Shown here: one piece after another, positions 1-12,114 of the stretch
How the letters are laid out: each line of letters opens with the position of its first letter
How positions within the stretch are numbered: the stretch's first letter is position 1
NCBI GenBank assembly: GCA_013239625.1
Contig: MU053881.1
Span: forward strand, 6,533,957-6,597,956
Source of the DNA: Lama guanicoe
Taxonomy: Eukaryota
Direction: 5' to 3'
DNA length: 64,000 nt
Position numbers and translations under genes: made by a program
Notes under the pieces: generated by a model
The model's database searches: none
What the model was told of the DNA's origin: nothing
The model's input: the letters and a program-made list of their open reading frames with translations, nothing else

Positions 1-859
1 TTAGTGAGGTAAACAAAGCAAGATTCCCCCAAGGGGCTGTAGCCTAGAGCTAAGACAAACATAAAGCCAGTGACAGTGACAGTATCATGAGGTAATGGCC
101 ATGATTTGGAGGTTGTTCAAAATAAAGTGTGAAGAAAGGGGATGGGGCCTGGAGGAATCTGGGTGGACTGCTCAGAAGAGGAAGCCTTTCATCTGAGACA
201 TGAAGGAAAATTGACATTTGGTCAGGGACTCAAGTTGAACCAAGCCATTCTAGGCAGATAAGCAGTCTCAGCAAGTCATGGAGACCAAGGAGGCCAAGGA
301 GGTCGGTGGGAACACTTGTAATCCAGCATAACGGGGAAGAGTTGGGGAAGATGAGACTGACAGACAGAGGCTGGGCTAGGAAGGGCCTGGTGGTCCATGC
401 AAAGGGCTCTGGACTCCATGCTGAGGATGCTGGGATGCAAGCAGGTATTCTGAGCAGGCAAAGGCCCTAGGTGGGTCATCCAGGTGGCAGAGTAGAGGAT
501 TAGCCTTGAGGGGGCAGGCTGAGGCAGGAAGACCCAGGTGAGACATAGTGAGTTCCTTGAATGACCCTGGAAGTGTGGGCAGAAGGAAGACAGTGTGTAC
601 GAGGTTGTTAGGAGGCCCATGTAACCTCCTCAGTGGGGAGAAGTGTTTCTTTACCCTGCAGGTGGAGAGACCAGAGAAAGTGCTTTCTCCAAAGTAGCAT
701 GAAAAATCATGGGCAGCTCTCCTTATCAATCACTGCTAACACTTAACAGGCTGCAGAATAGAAAATGCAGTCAGCTAAAGCCTCCTGAAACCCTCGTCTC
801 CATATTTTCTCCGTTCCTGTCTTTTTGAATTGATGTCCTGGACAAAAAGAATGACCTAC

Positions 860-978
860 CGCCAAAATTGGGCCTGAGAAACTTGTTATATCCTGCTGTG
901 AGATTCTCGAAGCCAGGCAGGGACAGCTTGTCACTTCTGCTGACCTCGTTGCTAAACTGATTCCCCTGGAGGCACATC
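860..978 (-). CDS. GABRP: GABA-A receptor subunit pi, exon 3 (119 nt); gene continues beyond the left edge
   Basis: Minus strand reads ttttccag|G ATG TGC CTC...TTT GGC G|gtaggt and encodes (R)[39 protein letters not shown]. This is the recognisable GABRP N-terminus, with the Cys-loop receptor 'GYNKFLRP' motif and an NLT sequon. Phase matches exon 2. Confidence 0.96.
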
Positions 979-1446
979 CTGGAAAAGAAAATGGGTTTCG
1001 GTGTGCATGCTTCTTTGTATGTAGACACACAGGTGTACACGTACACTTGAGCTTGTGTTTGCCTGTACGTGTGTGGCTGTGCCCATGTACCAGCAGTGAC
1101 CTCCCCAAAGAGAAATCTCTAATTTTCAGCTGCTGAGTTAATATATGTTTTTTCCCACCCCATTTTATTACCCATTGGCCGTATATCACAATGTCATGGT
1201 AATTTGGGACCCTCCAGCTGTCTTCCTCCAAAACACGAGGGGTTTGTCCATCTATGACCATTTTGGAAGCTTCAATTCTCCAGATAGAATAAATGGCAGG
1301 AAGTTGTATTGTTCTGGTGTGCCAGGGAGGTGAAGAGACGAGGTTTTATCTTGCCAATGGGAAGTAGAAAGAGCTGCAACCCCTCCCACCACATGCAAAA
1401 CACGGAGCAATTCAGACCAAGGCCACTGTGGGGTAGCAAAGCTCAC

Positions 1447-1499
1447 CTTCCAGTGAAGAGACTCAGGCACAGGAAGGTCAAGTGGAGACCGTGCCTCAT
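1447..1499 (-). CDS. GABRP: GABRP exon 2 coding part (53 nt), signal peptide MRHGLHLTFLCLSLFTG(R)
   Basis: ATG at 1499 in context ttcaacATG, hydrophobic leader similar to recalled human MNYSLHLAFVCLSLFTER, donor AAG|gtgagc at 1446. The 53 nt join exon 3 in frame. Confidence 0.94.
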
Positions 1500-1540
1500 G
1501 TTGAAGAACTTACGCAGAGAGGGGCCAAAGTAGAAATCAC
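1500..1540 (-). other. GABRP: GABRP exon 2, 5' UTR part
   Basis: Acceptor tctgtctccccag|GTGATTTCTACTTTGG, with the AG at 1542-1541. Resembles the recalled human 5' UTR GTGATTCCTACTTCAG. Confidence 0.85.
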
Positions 1541-2624
1541 CTGGGGAGACAGATGGAGCAGGTGAGAGGCAGACAACCCAAAAGGCTCACCTCCTCCGAG
1601 CCCAGCCCAGCCCCTAGGCTGTGGGGCATCAGTTACAGCATCTTCTCCATGTCTGCGGGGAGCAGTCTCTTTCCATACCTTTCCTTCACAGCTCCTGCTC
1701 CCTGCGTGTCATCCAGGAATGACTTCATTATGGATGATCACATTTTAAATCCAACCCAAGTAAGGGCTGAGGACTTGTTTAGAGAGTGGTTCACCACCAG
1801 GCCAGAGATGTAGCCGGTCCATCCTCAGCTGTGTATTTGGGGAGCCCCAGGACTGTCCTTACCCTGGCCTTGTCCTGACTTTGCCAGAAAGGACATCCCC
1901 AGCTATAAACTGTCCCCAACCATGCCGTTTATCCGAGGGTCTAGGCCCGTTAAGCAAGTCACGTAGACAGGAAATGAAAACTTCCCGAGGCCCTCCATGT
2001 GCCAAGGAATGTACTTTCCCACCCATCTTCTCACTTGATGATCCTCACAAAGGCCTCGTGGGGGTGGTGGGTTAACCCCTGTACTGCGATGAGGAAACAG
2101 AGCTCCTGGAAAGCTCACAGTGCTAGTGAATGTCAGAAGAGACTCAGGATCCAGGGCTGGCAGCCTCACCGCCCAGTCACACTGGCTGCTCTCCCAACCT
2201 CCTGTACCTGCTCCCTGCGTGCTCTGAAGCTGTTCAGCTGGTGTGGGTGAGCAGCATGTATGCGTGCAGTCTGCCAGGGTAGGCGTTGCCCAGGGGCCTG
2301 GCCTCCATGGGTTTGGGAGCTGCTATCAGATATCTCTGAAAGAGCAGCAGAAGCCAGGCAGGCAATCTGTGACCCGTCACGTTGGTGACAGCAGCCTGGG
2401 GATTCTCGGGATGGGGGGAGCTCAGGCACCATTCCCAGGCAAGCCCAGGGTGAGTCATCCCCTCCTCTGTGGTAGCCTCTGTGAACAGACCACTCTCTGG
2501 AGTCCAGCCATTCTGGGGCTTAGGGTGCAATTCAGCCATTAATTAATATTATTTTACTAACAAAACAAACACATGCTTATTGTAGAAATGGAAACGAGAT
2601 AGAAATGTATAAAAGTGTAAATCT

Positions 2625-2773
2625 CAATGATGTGTCAATATAGATTTATTGATTTATCCAATGTACCGCTCTGGTGGGGGATGTTGATGGTGGAGATGGC
2701 GGTGCATGTGTGGGGCGCTCAGTTTTGCTGTGAACTTAAAACTTCTCTAAAAAGTAAGCTCTATTTAAAAAAA
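2625..2773 (+). mobile_element. Old L1 (L1MC/MD-like) 3' end fragment
   Basis: Contains 'aatgtaccgctctggtgggggatgttgat...ctcagttttgctgtgaacttaaaact' and ends in an A-run, typical of L1MC-type 3' UTR ends. Confidence 0.65.
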
Positions 2774-5700
2774 ACAGCTTACCCCTTCTGTGAAATGGGT
2801 ACCCATAGCCATTGGTGGGATGCTTTGAGATAGCAAAGTGGAGAAGCAGAGCACAAGTCACACCAGAAACTGCTTTTTTTGTACATTTTATATAAGGACC
2901 ACTTTGGAAATGAGCATATTTCCTCCAGTCTGTTTTAATGAATGGCAGTACCACACTTCACAGGCTACACCAGTTCAGAGTGAGAATTTTCTAATGAAAA
3001 ACAGTGTAAACCTCTCCCTCACTTCTCCCTAGTCTCATACCTCCGAGATAACCACTGTGAACAGTTGTTTTGTCCACACATCCACATATATATTCATAAA
3101 CACGTATATCTTTGCATGGAGAAAAATATTTAAAAGTAAAATTTGGATGATAGTTTGCATTTTTTTTTTGCTTTTTACATTTTCACTTAACAATAATAAT
3201 AGCAAATCGTTATTGAATATTGAATGCATGCTTACACCGTGCTAAGAACCTTTCCAACCCTCAGAACTTTTGAAGTAGTTACTACCATTCTCCTTATTTT
3301 GCAAATGAAGAAACTGAGGCTTAGAGAGGATAAGAAACAGTCCCAAGATTACACAGCAAGTGAGGGGCAGAGTTGAATCCAGGCAAGCTGACCCAAGCAC
3401 TTATAATCACTGCACGATGACACATCCTCTTCCCCAGTGTCAGCGGGACCTTTCCATGTCAGTTCCTATAAATCTGCCTCATTCTTTCTGATGGCTGCAA
3501 GGTCTTTCATAAGATCAATGTACCAACATTTATATAACATATTTCCAAGTTTTTTACTGTTACAAAATCAATAATGGATATCTTTGCCCATATGTAAGCT
3601 CCTATAAGTCTGCACTCTGTCATGTTTCTCTGCCTGTCTTTTCCTTCTCACTCATCAACAACACCAGCTGTAAAATCACCATCACCAACCCACCAATGCT
3701 CATAATCAAACTTTTCCCCTTTTGTTTATCTCCCCAACCCCTGTCTGTCCCCCTATCCCCAGCCTCCATGGGGGGGCTCCCATGCCCTCCACCCGTTCAT
3801 TCAATTTTCCAAAGGCTCAGTGAGGTCCTGCTAGGACCCAGACACGTGTGAGGCATCCCAGGAACTCCTGTCTTGTAGGGCAGAGTGTAAGCAGCGAAAG
3901 AACACAACATTCCCTGTGCTTGTCCTATGACAAGGGCCAAGGCAAAGGGACTCAAGGAAGGAGTGCAAAGGAAGTGGGTGGTTAGCTCCACTGGGAAAGG
4001 GTGGGACCAGGACGGAAGTCACAGAGAAGGTCATTTGATTCTGAAAATGTGTTTGCATTTGCCAGGTGAATGAAGGAGGGCAGGGGCCCTCCAGATGCTG
4101 AGCGCAGGTGTGGAGACTTGCCTATGGACACTCTGCTGCCTACTATACCCCGTTTCTTCCCCCAGCCCAGGGCCATCTGCAGCTTCTTCCTAGTCTGGCC
4201 TGAATTAGCTCCACTCTCCTTTAGGGATTTTCCTCAATTCTCCCTTCTCTTGTAAGAAACTGCCCTTGATCAAGTAAGTTGGGGAACCATCCAGTCTTTG
4301 GCAATAAGGCCCCTGTTGAATCGTGCTTTCCCTGTAGTCAGTCCTAAATTAGGAAGAGAGAGTGTCTGAGCCCTGGGCCTCTGAGTCTTCTCCAGGGAGT
4401 CTTAAGCTCTGAGAGGCTTTGCCCCGGCTAGACCCAGACATGTGATCCCGTCTCACCCTGCTTGTTCTGGTTACGTTGCTAAGAGTGTTTCATTTTATAA
4501 TGGAAGGAAAGAGAAATATAGAAAGCCTTCTAAATGCTTCTAGGTCCTAGTACCATGCTTGGTGCCTGATCTCATTTAACTCTCCTGACCGTCTGGCCTA
4601 CTAGGTATTAATTTCTAGACTGGAATCTCAGTTTGGTGAAGGGATTTGGCTGAGCTACATGGCCGTTAAGTGCTTGTGATTTGAATCCAGGTCTTCCAAG
4701 CCCCTGTTCTTTGCACTACATCTGAGAAGAGAGTCCCCAGTTCCCCAAGCTGAACTGGATTCCACTGGGCTCTGGTCCTTCTTACACCAGATCCATCTCT
4801 GGGATAAACTGCTGCATTCACAGCAAGTCCCAAGTGGCATGTGCAGCTGGGGCTTCTCCCCATGTGGCAGAGGAGCCAACCATTAAGTGATGATTTGTGT
4901 ATCCACCTGCCAGAATGGAAACTTCAGCACCAGTTCTGATACAGATGCTGAGGCTGGCATTTGGCAGAGCCGTGCACTGAGCCACCAGAGGGCAGTGCCC
5001 CTAGCGTTGTCCTTGCAGCCACACCTTGGAGATTCTGGCTGGAACCATCTAGCCTTTCGCATTTGCAGGGAACACGGTACTCAGGAGGTCCCAGGGACAA
5101 CCTATGCACTCTTACCCTACCCTGAGGGGATCTCTGCCAAGATCCCGCCTCTACCAGTAGAAGAGAGCTTCAGCTTTGGATTCAGACACACCAAAGTCAT
5201 TTAACCTCGCCGAGTTTTCCCGTCTGACAAATGGGAATAGAAAGCATTCAATAAACATGAGTTTCATTCTCCTCTCCCTTCTGTGTCTTCCATGGGGACT
5301 TCAGTGATCCCTCTATGACCATGAGAATCCAAAGCTCAAGCTCTTTCTAATATATCCCACTCTGTCACCCAGGGTGTGAGCCGACTGTGGTGTCATTTTG
5401 AGGGCACTCAGTATGGCATCACCTAGGAAGGACACTGTCAGACACAGGACTTCAGGGGCACCCAGGTGGCTGATGCCGCCTTTTTCTGGACTGGCTCTGA
5501 GAAGCAGAGGTAATTCCAATATGTGCAGGTTTCCACTCCCATTTCCGGAATCTCCATCACATAAATACTGTGAGCCCCAAATTTGTCGTACTCTAGCTTC
5601 CTTCCTACATAGGCACTATTCCCCTGTCATCAGTCACCTCAGCATAGACAGAACCACTTGTTGGGAAGCAGGGGTGGGGCTTGAATTAGGCTGAGGTGGG

Positions 5701-6051
5701 GAAAGGTATTATTGCCATGGGTCCGCCTTAAGACAAACACAGACGGTGAAGTTGTGCCGTGTGTGTCCTGGGGGGCAGCACAGAGAGGAACACCCGTAGC
5801 TCTCGTGTCAGACAGAAGGACCGCCAATCTTGACTCTGCGCGTGCTCTGGGATTGTGTTATTTCTCCCTGAGGTTTAGTTCCCTCCACTGTAAAAGAGAT
5901 GGCACTTCAGACAATGGTGAGACCTGACACGAAACAGGTGCTCAGCGAATTCCAGACCTGGCCCCCTTCCCTCAGTCCCAGCTGGGCTTGTATCTGGATC
6001 TCCTTCCCTTTCCTCCCTCCAAGCAGCAGGAGGGGCCAGCACTGCTCTTAC

Positions 6052-6165
6052 CAGGCAGCTGCCAAGGCTCTGTTAGCACAGGTCCTTCAGGTCTTCGGGC
6101 TGGGCTTCCGGTAGGGCATGGTCTTCTGCGTCGCTGAGATTATCTCCATCATCAGCCCTGACCTC
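6052..6165 (-). other. GABRP: GABRP non-coding exon 1 (TSS approximate)
   Basis: Minus strand cagggctgatgatgg...cagaagacc...cctgaaggacctgtgctaacagagcc...cctg|gtaaga resembles the recalled human GABRP mRNA 5' end. Canonical donor at 6051. Confidence 0.8.
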
Positions 6166-7674
6166 TTGGATGCAGGCACACAGCCACTCTCTGATGGAGT
6201 GGTTCTCTCTGTGGGAAGACAGAGCTGCAGGACCAGCCAGTCAGACAGGTGGGCAGAGCCTCTCGCAGCTCCTCCTCTGGGTGGAGCTCTGACCAGGTCC
6301 TGGGTGTATGTGGGAATCCCCAGCTGCTGCTATGGCTGCTGGCTGCTGGCTGCCGGGGCTCTGATTCTGAGTTGTATCTCAGCCATGCTCCCGGACCACA
6401 GCCAGAAAAGACTCTTGAGAAGAAAGACCCATGAAAGTCAAATAAAGTGGGTGAACCCACCCACATACTTGGAAGATGAGTCTCTGGTTCTGAATTTGGA
6501 AGACACACTTCTATCCTGATAACATGGAATGGGAGTTAGCAGTGTGGATGACCCTGGACAAGCTACTTCACCTCTCCTCAGTTTCCCACCCATAAAATAG
6601 AACCTGGCCAGTTCTGAAATTACGATTTCTGATGATGTATTTTAAGACCTTCTTTGGGATCAACAGGAAGACCCGTCTATGTAAAAGGAGGCTTGCAGAA
6701 CCTAGGACATCCTGCTTTCCACTCTGGGAAGTTTCCAAAAGAGGCATCAAGGTCAACAGAAGAGGAGACAGGGGCTGAGCAGGCCGACCCAGAAACAGGC
6801 AGGAGAAACTCTGGGAGAAATGTGGCCACATTTCTAGATGGCCCCTCCGTCCCCAGCCCTATCCCTCACACAGAGGATTTTATATTTCTCACAAAGTCCT
6901 TTTTAGGACCATCCTTCCTCCATGGCCAGTTGAACCTCCTAACAGAAGTGCTTCAACAGTGTTCTCTGGGGCCTGAATCCTCCCTGTCACCATAGCCAGT
7001 GGCCTCGAAACTCCCCCTTGGCTCCAGCCCCGTGGGAAGGCACAAGGAATTCCCTGGCGGCTTGGCCTTCCACCTGAGAGAGCTGGGAGCCAGGGAGGGA
7101 GTGTGACGGAGAGGCCCGGGAGAGAGCTGAGTCTGTGGCACATGCCCCGCAGCGGCTCCTTCCCTCCTGACGCCATGGATCAGCTCCTGCCCAGACTGCC
7201 CCCACCCCGGTCCTGGAGGTGGGAGGGTGGGGAGGCAGGGGGAGAAGTAAGAGAGGGAGCAAGTGGAGCTGCAGGAAGTGAGAGGAGGTGGGAAGGAGGG
7301 AGCGGGCCTCCGCGTACAATGCCCCATAGATGCCTCTGGCTCTAAACCAGTTTCCTCGCTGTGCCCCTGGAGCCTGGCCAGCCTCGCAAGCACTCTGTGC
7401 TGGCTGGCAGGGAGTAGGTGCCTGAAGAGAAATCTCTTTGATTTCTCCTGAGAGGCCTCACTTTCCACCTGAGAATCTTGAAGGTGACTGGGACAGGAAC
7501 AACTGAGGATCCAGTTTCAGGTTCTCAATGAATGGGAAGTGGTTTGGGGCTTTTCTCAGAATTTCCAAGATGTTTTCACATAAAACAAAGGCTCCAAAGT
7601 AGCAAAGACAATTCAGAGCTGGGAGGCAGGGGTGGGAGGGGTGGGTATCCTGACTCAGGCACAGTGAGACAAAA

Positions 7675-7870
7675 GAACATGGGCTAGCTAGCTGGGTGGC
7701 TTTGGGCCAGTTACTTAACCTCTCTGTGCCCCAGTTTCCTTATCTGACAAATGAAGATGATGGTTTCCTACAGTGTTGCTTCAAAAATTAAGTAAGCAAT
7801 GACAAGTGTGACACCATATCTGAAGCGACCTGGCGTATTGCGCCTGGCACGTTATAGATGCTCAATAACT
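7675..7870 (+). mobile_element. MIR SINE
   Basis: MIR core 'gggccagttacttaacctctctgtgccccagtttccttatctgacaaatg'. Confidence 0.7.
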
Positions 7871-9063
7871 TGTTCTTTTTATCTGATGTTGTTGGTATCC
7901 TCTCATGTTTGTGCTAATCTGTTCAATCCCGTATCTGTCTATCTACTTATCTACCTACCTGTCTATTTATCTATCTATCATGTACCCAACTATCCAGGAT
8001 TTAATCTTCCCAATCAGATTGTTAACACTTTCACTGCATGGGCCTATATTGTACTTCTGTGTAAGCATTCAGTAACCATTTTAATAGACTGATTATATTG
8101 GGGTCAGGGCAAGCCAGACCTCAAGTTAATAAAGTAGATATGATAAGGCTTCTTATCGCCCAACTTCAAATAGTGCTTCAATCTAGCACCAGCTTCTTCA
8201 ATTTCTTTCAGATCAACTGAAGAAACGCTCAGATTGAGGGGTGTCCAGGAAAGCCAAGTTCTCCTCCAGAACACCCCACAGCCTCTGCACTGTCCAGGCC
8301 TCCTAGTTTCCAAATGTGGCCTCTCGTCTCCGGATGCCTGAGGTCAGTGGTATTTCAGGATGTTCAGCTATGCAGACACATTGCCCACGGGTTACTCATT
8401 CTGGTGTCCACCTCTTCACCACATGGCTGCACACCCTCCTACGATGTGTCCCAGAAAAACAGAGGCCAGAGTGAGTGCCTTGCCTGATACCTTTATCACG
8501 ATGCACATAGGAAACTAATAAGTCATGGTCATGCCACGCGTTTATACAGTACTTTGCAGTTTTCAGAGGTGTTTCATGTGCCTGGGCCTTACCTTATTTG
8601 AGCCACGTTATAATCTTATGAGGCAAGCAGGGTTTGTTCCTTTATTCTCAATTTGCTGATGAGGACACTGTGCCCAAGAGTCACACAGCTACTAAACATT
8701 AGAGCCAACACAGACTGGAACCCACGTGCTCGGATTCTGAGTCAACTCCTTACCTCGCATGTCTGTTCAGTGATGATGGAGAGTACAGAGGAACAGAATT
8801 CAAGTGACGCCTCGGCGAGGAGACAGCCTTTGGATCCTCCCTGGTCTGGGAGGCTATGGTGGGGCCAGCCTACTTAGCACCTGCTTGTCAGACTAAACAT
8901 GCCACTGATCTGCAGCCCCAGATGGAAACTCTAGGCAACCTTCATCCCTAGTTTCTCTCTCCCCTCCCGCCTTGTCAACATCTGATTGACCCCCACACCC
9001 CAGGCACCTTTTCATTTTGTCTCATCTGCCAGGGTCAGCTCAGCAGTGCCTCACCTTGGAGAC

Positions 9064-10958
9064 CATGGTCTCTAATAAGAGGATTGCATGAACCAGGCCC
9101 TGTGCAAGATGAGCCTCCGGGGTGTAGAGAAAAAACATTAGAACTTCTGTGGCTTCAATCTATGGGGAAAACAATGCACTTTAGTAGTATTTACAGTGTG
9201 GGGTGGATACTGGCCTCTCATTCTGTTGGTCAGACTGTCTGAGGTCAAACACCAAGGTCACATTAGCCTGAGGATGGAGCAAGGGCTCCAAACATGGAGG
9301 GCTTGGCCCCCACTCCTTTTCTTTCAGTGTAACTTGACCTTCTGCAGTGCATGTGGGCTAGGTTAAATGGATTTATGATTTATTTTCACAAAATTAACTC
9401 TAAAGAAATGGACACGTGACTTAAAAATGAGTCCTGCGAAAAGGAAGTACTGAGAAAAGATGGCATTAATAGTGCAAACAGAAGCAAACAGCAAGAAAAT
9501 GGTATTATTGACACTTTGCCTACTCAATGCCTACCATAACTAAACGTCTTCCAAATGAAGAGTTTTAGTGGGTTTCAAACCTTTTGGTTAAAAATATTAA
9601 AAATGCAAATAATGAGTTTGCAGGAACAATTTATCGACATCAGAGAAGATTGAAAGTTACCAGCTGAATTTAAGCAAAAGCCTTTGCATAGTTGGTAAGA
9701 CTGAAAAATTAATATTTTAGTAAGCACAGCCAGCGTAGCACATTCCCATTTAGATCTCTGCACCTTAATGAGATATCTTTTTTCAATCCTGAAAGCTGTT
9801 AGAACCAAGTATCAAAATAATTTGAACTTAAAGCCAGATGGTCTAAATATTGAACTGCAGAATGTTAATACAAAGATAAAAGCAAACATAATAAAATGTT
9901 ATCAACCACATTGCACTCACTACAAATATTAGTATTCATAATAGTTCCTTTCAGTGAAAAGGTTTTTTTCTTTTGGTATGGTTAATGAAATAAGAGCTCA
10001 AAAAGTGGTGTAATTACATCTTTAGCTCATCCATTTAAATACCTCTTTCTCTGTCTTATTGCGATATTGTGATTTATAATAAGAAGTATGTGTTTGTTGT
10101 TTGTCCCGTTCCTTGTGTACAGCTCCTAAGACCCTTGGAATTTCCTAAGTGATAAGAGCTATAATGATGTTTTTGTTATGAGGTGACTTTTGGACTGACC
10201 CTAGGTCATCTAGGGATGAGGGCTGCTTCTCAGAGGAGCCAACGATGTGATAAGAAGTTTGGAACTTTCAGTCCCTCTTGGAACTCCAGGGAAGGGAAAG
10301 AGGCTGGAGATTGAATTAGTCACCAGTAGCTAAAGATTTAATCCTCCATGCTTAAGTAATGAAGCCTCTATAAAACCCCAAAAGCACAAGGTTCAGAAAG
10401 CCGGGTTGGTGAACACGTGGAGACTGGGGAGAGTGGTGCACTCAGAGGACATGGAAGCTTCCTGCCCTTTCCCCGTGTCTTGCCCTGTGCATCCTTTCCG
10501 TCGGACTGTTTTAGAATAAACCAGCAACCTAGTAAGTAAAATATTTTTGTGAGCTGCTCTAGAAGATTTACTGAACCCAAGGAGGGGGCCATTGGAACCT
10601 CTGATCTGTAGCTGGTTGATCAGATAGATGCGCAGGTGACAACCTGGACTTGTAATTGGCATCTGAAGGTGGGGGAGGGTGGGCAGTCTTGCGGGACCAA
10701 GTCCTTGATGTGTGGGATCTGATGTTGTCTCCAGGCAGATAATATCAAAATTGAATTGAATTGTAGGACACCCAGCTAGTGTCAGTAAATGCTTGTAGGT
10801 GTGGGGGAAAAACCCACTCATAGGAATTGGATGCAGTCACTACTTGAACATATATAACATATGTTAACATATTAGAAAATAAGACACGTATATGGTTTCT
10901 AAATAAGTAAATGTATGGAAAAGGAGGGTATAGTATCAAGAAAGTATGGAGACAGTTG
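9064..10958 (+). mobile_element. hAT-Charlie (Charlie4-like) DNA transposon fossil, interrupted by an LTR
   Basis: Degenerate termini catggtctctaa...tatggagacagttg. Decayed hAT dimerisation-domain-like coding remnant at ~9740-9840 (…AVRTKYQNNLNLKPD). Confidence 0.55.
10060..10835. mobile_element. MER21-like solo LTR
   Basis: Segments 'cagctcctaagacccttggaatttcct', 'ggaagcttcctgcccttt' and 'gaattgaattgtaggacacccagctagtgtc' match the recalled MER21 pattern. Boundaries approximate. Confidence 0.7.
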
Positions 10959-11931
10959 GGCTGGGCTGTTGAAGAGGTTCCTGGCTGTTCTTTCAGCTTC
11001 CAGTCATATTTTGTCTACTACATATCACCAGAGTGATCTTCATAAAAACCCAGGGGGAAAGAAATCACTACTCTGATTTCTGCTCTCTCTTGAGCCCTCC
11101 CCTCCTCCTAGAATGAGTGGCAGCCCTTCAGCCTTCAGGGGCTGGGCAGGTGACTTGATGAAAGAAGACGACAGAGTGTAAGGCATGGTGGGAACCACGG
11201 TGAACAGGAGAGTTCTTGCCTAAAAAACATTCCAACTTAAAAAATTGGGTAGATGAGAAACCCTGCTGTGGCCTGGCAGTTGTGACCCCTGAACAGGGCA
11301 AGGCTGACCTTGGAAGATGCTGTGTGTCTCTTGTTGCTGTGTCGCAGGCACTTTCTACGTTGTGGTCATTGCTGACTCTTGCTCATCTTTGCCCTGTTCT
11401 ATTCCCTCTTCCTAGCCAAGTAAGCTTTTGTTTACTAAGCCTGGTTCTCCTCTGTGGAGCTCCTTGACTTTTCCTGCTTGGTGCTGCCCATGCATGTTGC
11501 TTTTGTTGGGTTTTATTGTTCTCAACACATCACTGACCTGCCTGTCTCCACCGATAAGTTGGGTGCTCCCTAAGGTCAGGTTCTTTGTCTTCTTAACTGA
11601 TGCATCCCCAGTACCAAGGTCAGTGCCTTGGCCACATAATGGGTTCTCAGAAAGTCTCCTGAGCCAATGAATGCGTGCAAGCAAGTGATGGCACCAGTAT
11701 ACTGGGTAAGCAGTGTATTATCAGCTTTAGAATCTGCTTCCAATTTCTAATAATAGTAAGTATATACCTTTTCACCCTTTCACCCTCTCTCTGCAACCCT
11801 CCTCACCTCCAAGGCATAAACTTTCAGACTTTACGTGCTTGGAGAACTGGAAGAAAGTTAAATGGCAGGTGGTGGTGAAAGTTCCTTTCTTGGCAGTGTC
11901 TCTGCAGTGGAGACAAAGCACACCGCTGAGA

Positions 11932-12114
11932 CAGTGGTTCCTAAATCAATGGTTCCTGTGTCAGAATCACCAGGGGTACTTGTTAAAAATGCACCTTCTC
12001 AGGCCTCTCCCCAGACCTGCTGAATTGGAATCCCAAGAAGTGAGGCCGAGGAATCTGAAATTTAATAAGCTCCCCCAGGTAATTCTTATTCATCCTAAAA
12101 TTTGAAGACAACTG
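11932..12114. mobile_element. MER5A-like hAT MITE
   Basis: Termini cagtggttc...gacaactg. Internal 'tcagaatcacc...cttgttaaaaatgca...ccccagacctgctgaat...ggaatctg'. Confidence 0.8.

Noticed and set aside
4923..4945. TTCAGCACC, the left half of an RE1/REST site, in GABRP intron 1
   Set aside because: There is no GGACAG right half at a plausible spacing.
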